From an uncultured Draconibacterium sp. (GTDB taxonomy: Bacteria > Bacteroidota > Bacteroidia > Bacteroidales > Prolixibacteraceae), in contig OY781971.1 of assembly GCA_963677455.1 (NCBI GenBank), forward strand, positions 5,889,180-5,953,179: a stretch of DNA of 64,000 nucleotides, written 5' to 3'. The notes under the pieces are model-generated. The model worked only from the letters and a program-made list of their open reading frames with translations, searched no databases and had not been told where the DNA came from. Position 1 is the stretch's first letter; each line of letters begins with the position of its first letter. This document shows positions 28,379 to 39,171 of this stretch, in pieces. The position numbers and the translations under genes were made by a program.

Positions 28379-28820
28379 ACATTGCCGGGAATAGTAAATA
28401 ATTCTCTCTCATTCTAATAACTTTTTAGATTAAGCCCCCTGCGAAACAATTGATTAGTACAATTGTGTGGGGAATAGTTTGATGTTTATCGTACATAAGT
28501 CGCAATTGTTTAGTGCTTTGATTTTATTTGGCTGTTAATTATTGTTAAATAATGTTAGAGATTTGGCGGATACTAATAAATACAAGCAGTATTTAATGTT
28601 GTATAAAATTCTGGCACAAAATATGTTGCGTTAAATACACGTCCTCTGAATATGACTATCAAAAGAAAACATAATGAAAATACTATTATCCAAACATGTT
28701 GAAGAAGTATCTCAATTAATATTTGGTTGATTTAGAATTTATCAGATTGAAGGGAACAAAGCAAATTCCGGAGGCAGATAATTTCGCAGTATTCAGCATT
28801 AATTAATAAAACTTATCCCT

Positions 28821-29987
28821 ATGAGACAATTGCTTATTACCGTTGCATTGACGTTCGTTTGCCACGGGCTGTTTGCACAAAAAGGACAGGTGAGTAAAGC
28901 CACTACTTACAAAGAATCGGGAGAATTGGATAAAGCACTGGAGTGTATTCAAGCCGCCATTGATCCAGAAAACGAAAAGTCTGAAAAGTCCGTTGCCTGG
29001 CCACGCACCTGGCAGGTTCGGGGAGAAATATTTCAGGAAATTCACAAATCAACCGATAAAAAACACAGTGCCTTAAGCAGCGATCCTTTAACCGATGCTT
29101 TCAACTCATACAAAAAAGCTTTGGAACTGGATGAAAAAGATCGGTATGAGAAAAGTTTAAAAGTGAATCTTATTCTATTGGTTGAGGATTTGCAAAACGA
29201 TGCAATAGAGGCCTACAACAATAATTCATATGATGCTGCACTGCAACGTTTCGAGCAGGTGCATGAAGTTAATAGTATGCCCGTTGTAACTGATGGCGAG
29301 AACTTGATTGATACAGCTATCATCTACAATATGGGCATAGCAGCCTTTAATGCGAAAGAATACGATAAGGCAATTGAGTATTTAAACGAAGCAGCCCGGT
29401 ACGGATATAACAGAGGAACCACTTATGTGTGGATTTCCAATGCCTACGAACAAAAGGAAGACACCGTTAAAGCCCTTGGTATGCTTATGAATGGATTTCA
29501 GGAATATCCCAATGATAAAGATCTGATGAATGGAATGATTCAGACTTTCATTAATCTGAGAAGGAAGAAAGAAGCGGTAAAGTATCTTGATATGGCAATA
29601 GAGAAAAATCCGAAAGATGTGAATTATTACCTCGCAAAAGGAGATTTGTTAAAGGATAACGCAGACGGCGATAATGCAATATTGTGTTATCAAAAAGCTT
29701 TGGATATTGAGCCGGCTAATTTTATTGCTTTATACAATTTGGGCGTGATTTATTTTAACAGGGGCGTTAATCAACTAAAAGTTTTAGATACTATCCCGGT
29801 GAATGATAATGTTGCTTACGAGAGAGAAATGAAGAAATCAGAAGTTTGGTGGAAGAAATCTCTGCCTTTTATGGAAAAGTGCCATGAGATTAAACCGTCA
29901 GATGCTACTGTTAAAGAATCGTTGGGAACGCTGTATTACAGGTTGAAAATGATGGACGAGTACAAAGCGATTTCCGAAAGAAATTAA
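28821..29987 (+). CDS. Secreted TPR-repeat protein
   Basis: Signal peptide ending LFA; repeated TPR patterns (IIYNMGIAAF, YYLAKGDLL, ALYNLGVIYF). Confidence 0.85.
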   Translation: MRQLLITVALTFVCHGLFAQKGQVSKATTYKESGELDKALECIQAAIDPENEKSEKSVAWPRTWQVRGEIFQEIHKSTDKKHSALSSDPLTDAFNSYKKALELDEKDRYEKSLKVNLILLVEDLQNDAIEAYNNNSYDAALQRFEQVHEVNSMPVVTDGENLIDTAIIYNMGIAAFNAKEYDKAIEYLNEAARYGYNRGTTYVWISNAYEQKEDTVKALGMLMNGFQEYPNDKDLMNGMIQTFINLRRKKEAVKYLDMAIEKNPKDVNYYLAKGDLLKDNADGDNAILCYQKALDIEPANFIALYNLGVIYFNRGVNQLKVLDTIPVNDNVAYEREMKKSEVWWKKSLPFMEKCHEIKPSDATVKESLGTLYYRLKMMDEYKAISERN

Positions 29988-30037
29988 GATTTTATGGGAA
30001 GACAGTGGCAGTTTTCTCATAATTTGTTAGGTTTAAT

Positions 30038-30063
30038 AAAAGCCCGGAGAGCCGGGCTTTTTT
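30038..30063. terminator. Bidirectional terminator
   Basis: AAAAGCCCGG-AGAG-CCGGGCTTTT between convergent genes. Confidence 0.85.
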
Positions 30064-30070
30064 GTATCTC

Positions 30071-32695
30071 CTAGTTAAATCTTCTTGTTCTTGATCTTCT
30101 CTTTTCCTTTTTGCTGAAATTCCAGGTCAATTTAGTACCGATCATTCTTGGTGGACCGGGAACAAAGGTAGGCACGCCAAATAGCGCTCCGGTATTGCCG
30201 GCACTGGTAACATACTGTTCGTCCAATACATTTCGTGCCCAAACGGATAGAATAATGTTTGGCTCCGAAAGTTCGAGGCCGCCATTTATATTCAGCAGAC
30301 CATACGCTTCCTGTTCCAAGCCAGGAGTATTGGCATCTTCGAAAAACAAATGCGATTTCCAGGCGTAAGAAGGCGTAACAAACAGTTGGATTGTTGGCGT
30401 AATATTTACCCGCGCATTAAATCCGATGTTAAAGCTGTGTTCGGGCGACAATCGAAACGAATTTCCGGCGTATTCCTGTGTTTCTCCATCAACATCGGTA
30501 GAATCAAATTCTGTTACAAGCCAGGCGTAATTGGCAAACACATCAAGCTGTTTAATTACGGCAACCCGCACATTAGCTTCGGCTCCATAAGATGTAGCCT
30601 TTCCGCTATCTTTAAATATTAAATTGAACTGGCCACTGTCCGGAGCGGCTACCCAGGCTTGTGTCTGGAAGTTTTCATAAAGTTGATAAAATCCGCTAAC
30701 ATCGATAAAGACACGGTCGAAGTAGGTTCCTTTCATGCCTAACTCGAAATTGTCGAGGATTTCAGCATCCAGCACTTCTTTTGTTCCGGTTGACGTAAAC
30801 TGCAGCACATTTGGCCGCCGCCCGCGAGAATAGTTGGCGAAAATATTTCCATATTCATTAAATCGGTACTTAAGGCCGCCATGGTAAGTAAACGATAAGG
30901 CGCTCTTGCTGATTTCCTGCCATTCACTGGGGCGGAAGAATACGTTCGGAGCATTACCCAGGAAACCACCCAATACTGATGGATCGCCACCAATCATGCT
31001 GGCTTCACTTCCCAGTTTGTAGCGGTCGTAAACAACACGAACTCCACCCGTAACAAAAAATCTCCGGCTGAGTTGGTAAGTGATATCTAAAAAACCTTCG
31101 AGTGCAGAATTGGTGGCCTTGCTGTAATTCTCTTCCTGGTGATTGGTTGGGAGTGGAATATAAATAGTAGTGTCGAGCTCGGCAATATAATTTGGAATAG
31201 CGGAAATTGATATCGGCTGTCCGTTTTTGTCAACCAGCGGCATAGGCGTATTCGATAATAGAAGGTTTGCCAGTTGCTGTTCGTTGGGAGAGAACCAGTA
31301 GGTTTGGTCGGCGGTTTCGCGCCAATAACTTCCACCCAAAACACCGTTCAAGCGACTATTTTGCGAAAAATTGCCTCTTATTTCCTGGTAAAACTGAGTA
31401 GAACCGGTGGTCTCGGCCATGTCGATGGCAGCCGATGCAGTTCCGTCACCATCCCAACGCGCGTTAGCATCGGTTTTTCGGTACGAGGTAATTGATGTCC
31501 AGTAGTTGTGTTCGTTCAGATAAAGCTTGTATTTGAATGTAGTATTAAAAATTTCTTTTCCGGTGCCGAGGTTTTCGCCTTGCTCAAGTGATGCTACATT
31601 ACTGAAAACACCTGTTACACCTTCAGTATTTGGAAGCGTATTGCTCATAAAAGCAATCCCCGGAGTTTCGTCTTTCTGGTAGTTTAGAATAAGGTCGAAC
31701 TGGTGGTTCCACGCTGGCCGGAAACGTGCAGAAAATCTACCGGCAGTTGTTTCTTTTCCCATCAGGTCGCCACCGAAAGTATTGCTCACAAAACCATCGC
31801 GGGTAGTATAAATTCCTGCTGCCCGAAGCATCAGCTTATCCTCGAAAACGGGAACATTTAAAAATCCCTGTACTTCTCGTTGCCCAAAATCACCAATGCC
31901 GGCAGTTAAACTTCCGTATAAATCGCTGGTGGGTGAGTTGCTTATATAATGAACAGCGCCTGCCTGGGCACCTCTTCCAAACATTGTATTCTGTGGCCCT
32001 TTCACCACTTCAACCCGGTTCATATCATACAATTCGAGCGATGCGCCGCTGGCCCGGTTAATGGGTACATTATTGAAATATACAGAAACACGAGGTTGAG
32101 CGCTGGGACTCACTTCGTCGCTGGTAAGCCCGCGGATTACAAAGCTGGGGCGGTTTGCACCCTGCTCCCGGATATAAAGTCCGGGAATAAATTCGCTCAT
32201 CAGGCTCAGGTCGGTAATGTTTGAGTTTTGTAGAGTATTTTCGCTGACTGAAGCTATTGCAGTTGGTACATCTAATATTTGTTGTTCTCGTTTTTGCGCA
32301 CTAACTAAAATTGGCTCAAGGTGAACTTCTGCTAAAGGCAACATCACATTTTTTTCGTTTAGACCCGGTCGCAAAATGATGTCGGCAGTATGTGTTTCGT
32401 ATCCAATAAAGGAAACACGAACCCGCGCACGTCCGGTAACCAGCCCCTGAATCAGGTATTGTCCGTCTTCGTTAGTATTTACACCTTTGGCTGTTCCATC
32501 TATGGTAACATGTGCTCCCGGAAGAGGTGTGTAGTCTTCGTCGTAAACCGCTCCACGTATATAAACCGGTTGCAGGTTACTCGATACTGCTTCAATATTC
32601 CGGTATTTTCGTTTTACCTTGTTGCGCTTTTTTGTTTGCCCAAATGCGGCAGTAAAAAGGATGAGGAAGAAAAGGATGCTTATAATTGATTTCAT
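30071..32695 (-). CDS. TonB-dependent receptor with carboxypeptidase-regulatory-like domain and basic terminal extensions
   Basis: GVNTNEDGQY domain; plug SAQKREQ...RVEVVKGPQNTMFGRGAQAGAV; last strand TKLTWNF plus a 14-aa tail; ATG at 32695 preferred. Confidence 0.92.
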   Translation of the reverse strand: MKSIISILFFLILFTAAFGQTKKRNKVKRKYRNIEAVSSNLQPVYIRGAVYDEDYTPLPGAHVTIDGTAKGVNTNEDGQYLIQGLVTGRARVRVSFIGYETHTADIILRPGLNEKNVMLPLAEVHLEPILVSAQKREQQILDVPTAIASVSENTLQNSNITDLSLMSEFIPGLYIREQGANRPSFVIRGLTSDEVSPSAQPRVSVYFNNVPINRASGASLELYDMNRVEVVKGPQNTMFGRGAQAGAVHYISNSPTSDLYGSLTAGIGDFGQREVQGFLNVPVFEDKLMLRAAGIYTTRDGFVSNTFGGDLMGKETTAGRFSARFRPAWNHQFDLILNYQKDETPGIAFMSNTLPNTEGVTGVFSNVASLEQGENLGTGKEIFNTTFKYKLYLNEHNYWTSITSYRKTDANARWDGDGTASAAIDMAETTGSTQFYQEIRGNFSQNSRLNGVLGGSYWRETADQTYWFSPNEQQLANLLLSNTPMPLVDKNGQPISISAIPNYIAELDTTIYIPLPTNHQEENYSKATNSALEGFLDITYQLSRRFFVTGGVRVVYDRYKLGSEASMIGGDPSVLGGFLGNAPNVFFRPSEWQEISKSALSFTYHGGLKYRFNEYGNIFANYSRGRRPNVLQFTSTGTKEVLDAEILDNFELGMKGTYFDRVFIDVSGFYQLYENFQTQAWVAAPDSGQFNLIFKDSGKATSYGAEANVRVAVIKQLDVFANYAWLVTEFDSTDVDGETQEYAGNSFRLSPEHSFNIGFNARVNITPTIQLFVTPSYAWKSHLFFEDANTPGLEQEAYGLLNINGGLELSEPNIILSVWARNVLDEQYVTSAGNTGALFGVPTFVPGPPRMIGTKLTWNFSKKEKRRSRTRRFN

Positions 32696-32806
32696 GAAAT
32701 TAGTTTTCAGATTCAATATTCAAATAACGAAAAAAACTGGAAAACCATATGTTTGTTCTGAGAAGAATAAACACGAGAACCCAGATAAAGGTTTCGTGGC
32801 GGTGTT

Positions 32807-33283
32807 TTAGCGTTTTACCGAGTAAACAGGTAGGTGCAGCCAAATAGCGAACTCGTCGAGGCTTTTTTGCCCCTCGTCCGGAGTTTTGCAGGCTTTTAAT
32901 AAAACCGATGGTTTTTTGGATTTGTTGACCAGGTACACGTGGTATTCTTTTTTTTCTGATGAGTTAGTGCGGTTCGAACGGCTGTACATCGTATAAACAC
33001 GTTTTATCGGCACCAGTGTCAAGCCAATATAATCGTCAAACGAACGCCACTGTCCTGTTTTAAACAGGCCAAAGTGTTGATTGTAACTTTTAAACTTTCG
33101 TGTGTCGATATCAACGATCACTCCAGAGAAACTGCCGAATAAGTAGGCTAGAACCAGACCTGAAATGTAGGTAAATAGCCACTTATTTTCTATAATGCCA
33201 ATAAAAAGTAAGGGGATAAAAATCAGTCCGAAAAAGATGTAAGGGCCAGTTAAAAATCGTGATATTTTATTGTCAATTTTCAT
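32807..33283 (-). CDS. Hypothetical membrane-anchored protein
   Basis: Two N-terminal TM segments then a soluble domain; overlaps the upstream PPIase gene end by 11 nt. Confidence 0.72.
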   Translation of the reverse strand: MKIDNKISRFLTGPYIFFGLIFIPLLFIGIIENKWLFTYISGLVLAYLFGSFSGVIVDIDTRKFKSYNQHFGLFKTGQWRSFDDYIGLTLVPIKRVYTMYSRSNRTNSSEKKEYHVYLVNKSKKPSVLLKACKTPDEGQKSLDEFAIWLHLPVYSVKR

Positions 33284-34103
33284 TTTCGAGTAGGATTGCC
33301 GAAATTATCTGGACATCGTTCAATGGGCGATCAAGTGAATCAACTGGTTGGATTGCAATCGAATCTACAATATTCATCCCTTCAGTTACTTCTCCAAAAA
33401 CGGTATAGTTTTGATCCAGGTGAGGAACTCCCCCGAGAGTTTTGTACACCTGTCGATGCGATTCTGGAATTGAATATTTTTGTGCAGGAGTGTAGCTTTG
33501 TGCTCCAAGCTGAATGCTGTCGGCCCATTTCATAACTTCTTCTTCGTTTTCTGCCAGAATAGCATTTTGTAACGAATCGTGAATTGCCCGGTTGGCTGGA
33601 TCATTTGCAAACGCATTTTCGGTAAGCCATTGGTTGATTCTTTCTTCTGAACGGGCAAGAGTACTATTGGTTTGAATCTTCCCCTGCACAATAAAAAACT
33701 GAGAGCCGGAAGACGCCCGCTCGGGATTGTTATCGCGGGCAGCCAGAATGGCGCCTCGTTTATTAAATAAATCGGGCTTGATTTCTGCAGGGATGGTATA
33801 ACCGGGACCGCCGTTTCCCAGCGCTTCGCCAGCTCGTGCATTTTTGCTGTCGGGATCACCGGATTGTATCCCAAAATTATTGATCACGCGGTGAAATAAC
33901 ATTCCGTTGAAGTAACCTTTGTTTACCAGTTTTACAAAATTGTCGCGGTGTAATGGAGTTTCGTTCGATAGTTCGAGTACAATATCACCCATGCTGGTTT
34001 TTAATTCGACTTGCACATTTTTATTTGCCGTTTTTTGTTTGTTTCCGGAAGTACACGACACAGTAAAAAGAAGAATGAAGATGAGGTATTTGAATTGAGT
34101 CAT
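33273..34103 (-). CDS. Cyclophilin-type PPIase lipoprotein
   Basis: Lipobox TVSC; TPLHRDNF, FHRVINNF, SSGSQFFIVQG, PHLDQNYTVFGEV. Confidence 0.93.
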   Translation of the reverse strand: MTQFKYLIFILLFTVSCTSGNKQKTANKNVQVELKTSMGDIVLELSNETPLHRDNFVKLVNKGYFNGMLFHRVINNFGIQSGDPDSKNARAGEALGNGGPGYTIPAEIKPDLFNKRGAILAARDNNPERASSGSQFFIVQGKIQTNSTLARSEERINQWLTENAFANDPANRAIHDSLQNAILAENEEEVMKWADSIQLGAQSYTPAQKYSIPESHRQVYKTLGGVPHLDQNYTVFGEVTEGMNIVDSIAIQPVDSLDRPLNDVQIISAILLENEN

Positions 34104-34155
34104 TTTTTCGGTTGTTGATCTTTAAAACTACTAAAATTATTTGTTCGTCGAAAGA

Positions 34156-34791
34156 TTATTCGAGAGTCAGTTTTCTTTTTTCGATATAGTAATGCCACAA
34201 AATATAAGTAGCTGCTGATTGATACGGGGAGAAGCGTCTCATGTATTCGATAATGTCAATCTTTGAACTTTCCGGCGGGAGAAGGTTCAACTCGTAAACT
34301 GCTTTTATGGTCGCCAAATCGCCGGGAGGAAAAATATCGGAAAAATGCAAACTCATTAAATCATACATGTCAACGGTCCAGTGCCCTATTCCTTTTAACC
34401 CGATCAATTGTTTTCTGATGTCGGGTTCGGGGAGTTGATTAAGAGTGGTAAGGTTTAGTCGGCCTTCTGCTATCTCGGTGGCGAGCAAACGGGCATACAC
34501 AATTTTCTGTCGGCTAAAATAACAATCCCTGAGTTCCTGGTCTGAAAGTTGAAGGAGGTTTGCAGGAGTTATCTTTTTTATTTTGTCGAGCAATTTGTTG
34601 TAAGCCGCTTTCGCAGCTGCCAGCGAAACCTGTTGTTCCAGTATCGTAAGAATCAGTGTTGAAAAATTGGGTTCGCGGTGCCAGAACGGCGGATAATCGT
34701 ATTCACGAATTACCTGTTCAAGTTTTGGCTCTTTTTCTGTACACCAATCGCAAAATTGCTTAAATTCCTTCTCTGAGTTGATTTTTTCCAT
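34156..34791 (-). CDS. DNA-3-methyladenine glycosylase II family (HhH-GPD)
   Basis: ILEQQVSLAAA, HhH LKGIGHWT, FPPGDL. Confidence 0.9.
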   Translation of the reverse strand: MEKINSEKEFKQFCDWCTEKEPKLEQVIREYDYPPFWHREPNFSTLILTILEQQVSLAAAKAAYNKLLDKIKKITPANLLQLSDQELRDCYFSRQKIVYARLLATEIAEGRLNLTTLNQLPEPDIRKQLIGLKGIGHWTVDMYDLMSLHFSDIFPPGDLATIKAVYELNLLPPESSKIDIIEYMRRFSPYQSAATYILWHYYIEKRKLTLE

Positions 34792-34996
34792 TCGTTAAAA
34801 ATAGGAATAACACGCGGAGAAAAACAAATAAGAAAGGGAGATGTCTAACATCTCCCTTTGAAGGCAATACCGAATTAAATAAATCAAATCTTTCTCTTAT
34901 TGATTTTCTGCCTTCTGGTAAAAAAAACGGTTTCTGTCGCTTTTTAGTATTGTGTAGTATGTTTTTGTAATTAGTACAGTTTTAACTCACAGGTAA

Positions 34997-37396
34997 CTAG
35001 AATTTTAGTAGTGCCGAAACAATAATATTTATTCCTGGCGATACAACCCCTGATGAGTATGGTTGGTATCTTTTGTCGAGCAGATTTTCAACTCCTGCAG
35101 TTAATTTGAGATTTTGGTTCACTTTGTAATTTGATTTTAAATTCAGTGTCCACCATGATGGAGAATAAGGATTTCCATTTCCGTCCGGTACATATAAATG
35201 AGGTTTGTCTTGTTCGTCGGGTGCTAATTCGTTGAAGCTGAGTTTTCCGTTATACCTTACATAAAAATCCAGAAACCAATGTTGGTTTTCAAAGGTCAGG
35301 TGCGAGCTTCCAAATGTAGGAGGTACATGTCGGATCGGATAACCTTCTGAGTCTTCTCCTCCGGTAAAGCTGATATCGTGGCGGGTACTCCAGTTTTGAT
35401 TTATCAAGAGTTTTAAATCCAAAGTCATCCCGTATATTTTTGCCGATTCGGCATTAACCAAAGCTTCTACTTTGCTGAGTTGTCCGTCGTACATAATCGA
35501 ATCCTGACCGTTCAAACTAAAATCGCGCCGAACCATTGCATCCTTCAGTTTGGTATAAAATCCCGTAACTTCAACTTTCGCCACATTCTGAATATTGCGT
35601 AAGATGTTCAGCTCAAAATTTTGCGCATATTCAGGCTTGAGATCGGGATTTGGAACAATTACATTACCCGGTTCCGAATCAAAAACTTTTGCGGCATCAT
35701 CTATATTAGGCGATCTGAATCCAGTAGAACCGTGAATGTTTATTTGCCAATGTTCTGTTGGGTGCCATACCAATCCCAGATTCCCGTTAAATGCTGTATT
35801 ATTCATGCTGAAATCATCAAACGGAAAATTATAATAAGCCGGATCAAAGGCACCTTCGAGATGGGTGTAGGTATAACGCGATCCCACCTGGAAAATAACT
35901 TTCTTGCTGATATTGTACTTCAATGAATAATAGCCGGCAATACTTTGATATTTTGAATCATTAGGGTAACGTGGCGCAACTTCTTCAGTTTCGCCGCTTA
36001 GCAGATTTTCTGAAAGGCCAAACGATCCTACATAATTCAGATATGCTTCTGCTCCGTAATACAATTCAGCATTGTTGTCGAATTTTTTCCCAAAATCAAT
36101 ATTGAACGAAAAAATATCCAAATTCTCTTCGCGATGACGGAGTGCATCTCTGTTTATCTTTCTATCGTGGCGGCTCTCGGTGTAGCCTTGGTAACCAAGT
36201 AAAACATTTATTCGGTCGTAAAGAATATGGTCTTTTGAGTATAACAATTGCCCCGAAATAAGGCTCCATTTTTGCGGCCCGTAATACCAATCGGCATAAG
36301 CCAGTTGATCGCCGTTGTATTGAATTAATCTGTCGTAGCGCGGTATATTGCTGGTTTGTGAATGATGCGCGCTTAAAGTCAGGTCCCAGGCTTCACTTGG
36401 TCGGTACCGTATTTTTCCCATCACATTAAACTGGTCGTAACCCGTATATTTTTGAATTTTGTTGTTGTCATTCTGAATAATTTGGTCAGATCCTGAGTAT
36501 TTTTCATCCAGAACATATTCAGGCCTCAGGTATTCGCTGGGGCCGGAACTTCCCATTCGCAGGTCGTCAAAATCTGTATAGGTTGAAGCAAAAACAGCTG
36601 CCCATTTATTTCCGCCAAAATTATACGAGCCGTGTATGGTTTTTTCAAAGTTGGCGCTTGAATAACGAGCATAAGCTTTCCCGAAGGATTCGGAGCTTTG
36701 GTTGGTTGATAGTTTCGGCGAAAGGGTATTAAAACTCATTACGCCGCCTAAAGCATCACTTCCGTATATAACGGAGCCAGGGCCAAAAATTACTTCTGCT
36801 CTTTCCAAACTATTCGGGTCAACCGAAATAATATTCTGCAGGTTTCCACTTCTGTAAATTGCATTGTTCATTCTTATGCCGTCAACAACAATCAGAACCC
36901 GGTTGGCTGCAAAGCCTCGTATCATCGGACTTCCACCACCCATCTGGCTTTTCTGAATAAAAATACCTCCTTTAGTTCCCAACAAATCAGCGGTTGTTTG
37001 CGGCGAATAATTGACCACCACTTCCGGGTCAATAGTTTCGATTAAATGCGGAATTTCAGATTTCGATTCTTCCCAGCGGTTTGCCGAAACTACAACTTCG
37101 TCGAGCTTAATGGGGTTTTCGATGAGCAAAACGATTTTTCCCTGCTTCTCAATTTTTTCGCGTGTTGTAGTGTAATTCAAAAAAGAAGAATGCTTAAAAA
37201 GAATATCTTCGTTCAAACTAAACTTTTCAAGACTGGCATCCCCATTTTCATCGGTTTGGGTTGTAGCTTGGTTCGAAATCAGCAAAACACCTTCAATTGC
37301 CTGCCCGTTTTTTGCATTAATAACATGAACCTTGCTTTGTGCAAAGGGGCTGAAAAAGAATAAAAGGAAAGGGAGAAGTAGCAGAAGTTTTTTCAT
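34997..37396 (-). CDS. TonB-dependent receptor (heme/iron-receptor-like)
   Basis: ATG at 37396 with signal peptide; plug QKSQMGGGSPMIRGFAANRV, EVIFGPGSVIYGSDALGG; LKPEY; terminal Phe. Confidence 0.92.
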   Translation of the reverse strand: MKKLLLLLPFLLFFFSPFAQSKVHVINAKNGQAIEGVLLISNQATTQTDENGDASLEKFSLNEDILFKHSSFLNYTTTREKIEKQGKIVLLIENPIKLDEVVVSANRWEESKSEIPHLIETIDPEVVVNYSPQTTADLLGTKGGIFIQKSQMGGGSPMIRGFAANRVLIVVDGIRMNNAIYRSGNLQNIISVDPNSLERAEVIFGPGSVIYGSDALGGVMSFNTLSPKLSTNQSSESFGKAYARYSSANFEKTIHGSYNFGGNKWAAVFASTYTDFDDLRMGSSGPSEYLRPEYVLDEKYSGSDQIIQNDNNKIQKYTGYDQFNVMGKIRYRPSEAWDLTLSAHHSQTSNIPRYDRLIQYNGDQLAYADWYYGPQKWSLISGQLLYSKDHILYDRINVLLGYQGYTESRHDRKINRDALRHREENLDIFSFNIDFGKKFDNNAELYYGAEAYLNYVGSFGLSENLLSGETEEVAPRYPNDSKYQSIAGYYSLKYNISKKVIFQVGSRYTYTHLEGAFDPAYYNFPFDDFSMNNTAFNGNLGLVWHPTEHWQINIHGSTGFRSPNIDDAAKVFDSEPGNVIVPNPDLKPEYAQNFELNILRNIQNVAKVEVTGFYTKLKDAMVRRDFSLNGQDSIMYDGQLSKVEALVNAESAKIYGMTLDLKLLINQNWSTRHDISFTGGEDSEGYPIRHVPPTFGSSHLTFENQHWFLDFYVRYNGKLSFNELAPDEQDKPHLYVPDGNGNPYSPSWWTLNLKSNYKVNQNLKLTAGVENLLDKRYQPYSSGVVSPGINIIVSALLKF

Positions 37397-37526
37397 TAAA
37401 AGAATATTTATGGTATTTGTCCCGCCAGTATGCAACAAAAATCGTACCTGTAAATGTAATCTAAACCGCCGCAGAAATAGAATATAAACCAGTGATGCCA
37501 AGATGTTTTTATTATTTGCAGCTACA

Positions 37527-37562
37527 TAAAAAATCCGGGCTGAGTGAACAGCCCGGATTTTC
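37527..37562 (-). terminator. gdhA terminator
   Basis: AAAATCCGGGCTG...CAGCCCGGATTTT hairpin. Confidence 0.75.
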
Positions 37563-37581
37563 TTATTCTCCCTTAGTAAAG

Positions 37582-38958
<1,377 letters not shown>

Positions 38959-39127
38959 CTATTGAATTTACGAAAAAGTTTGATTCTATCCTATTGTTAT
39001 TCAGCATGATAAGTGGGTGGTGATTGTTACGGTGACAGTTGGAGGTATACTTTGCTAGCAATTTCTAAGTTATTTTGTCTTTTTGGGTTGAATGTGTTAT
39101 ATCGTCCAAAACATCGAACAAAATCTT

Positions 39128-39135
39128 TATCTTTG
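39128..39135 (+). promoter_or_regulatory. Bacteroidota primary-sigma -7 box for leuS
   Basis: TATCTTTG 37 nt upstream of the ATG. Confidence 0.65.
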
Positions 39136-39171
39136 CGGCTTTAATTTTTTTATCCGGATCAATCGAAAAAA

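Noticed and set aside
28435-28475. CCCC...ACAATTG-N7-CAATTGT...GGGG palindrome after the M56 gene
   Set aside because: Single imperfect instance with no U-tract or promoter context; function cannot be supported.
34832-34915. Long GAAGGCA...TGCCTTC hairpin next to a terminator as a possible sRNA or riboswitch
   Set aside because: It is explained as the 3' UTR and terminator of the minus-strand TonB receptor; no promoter or aptamer consensus was seen.
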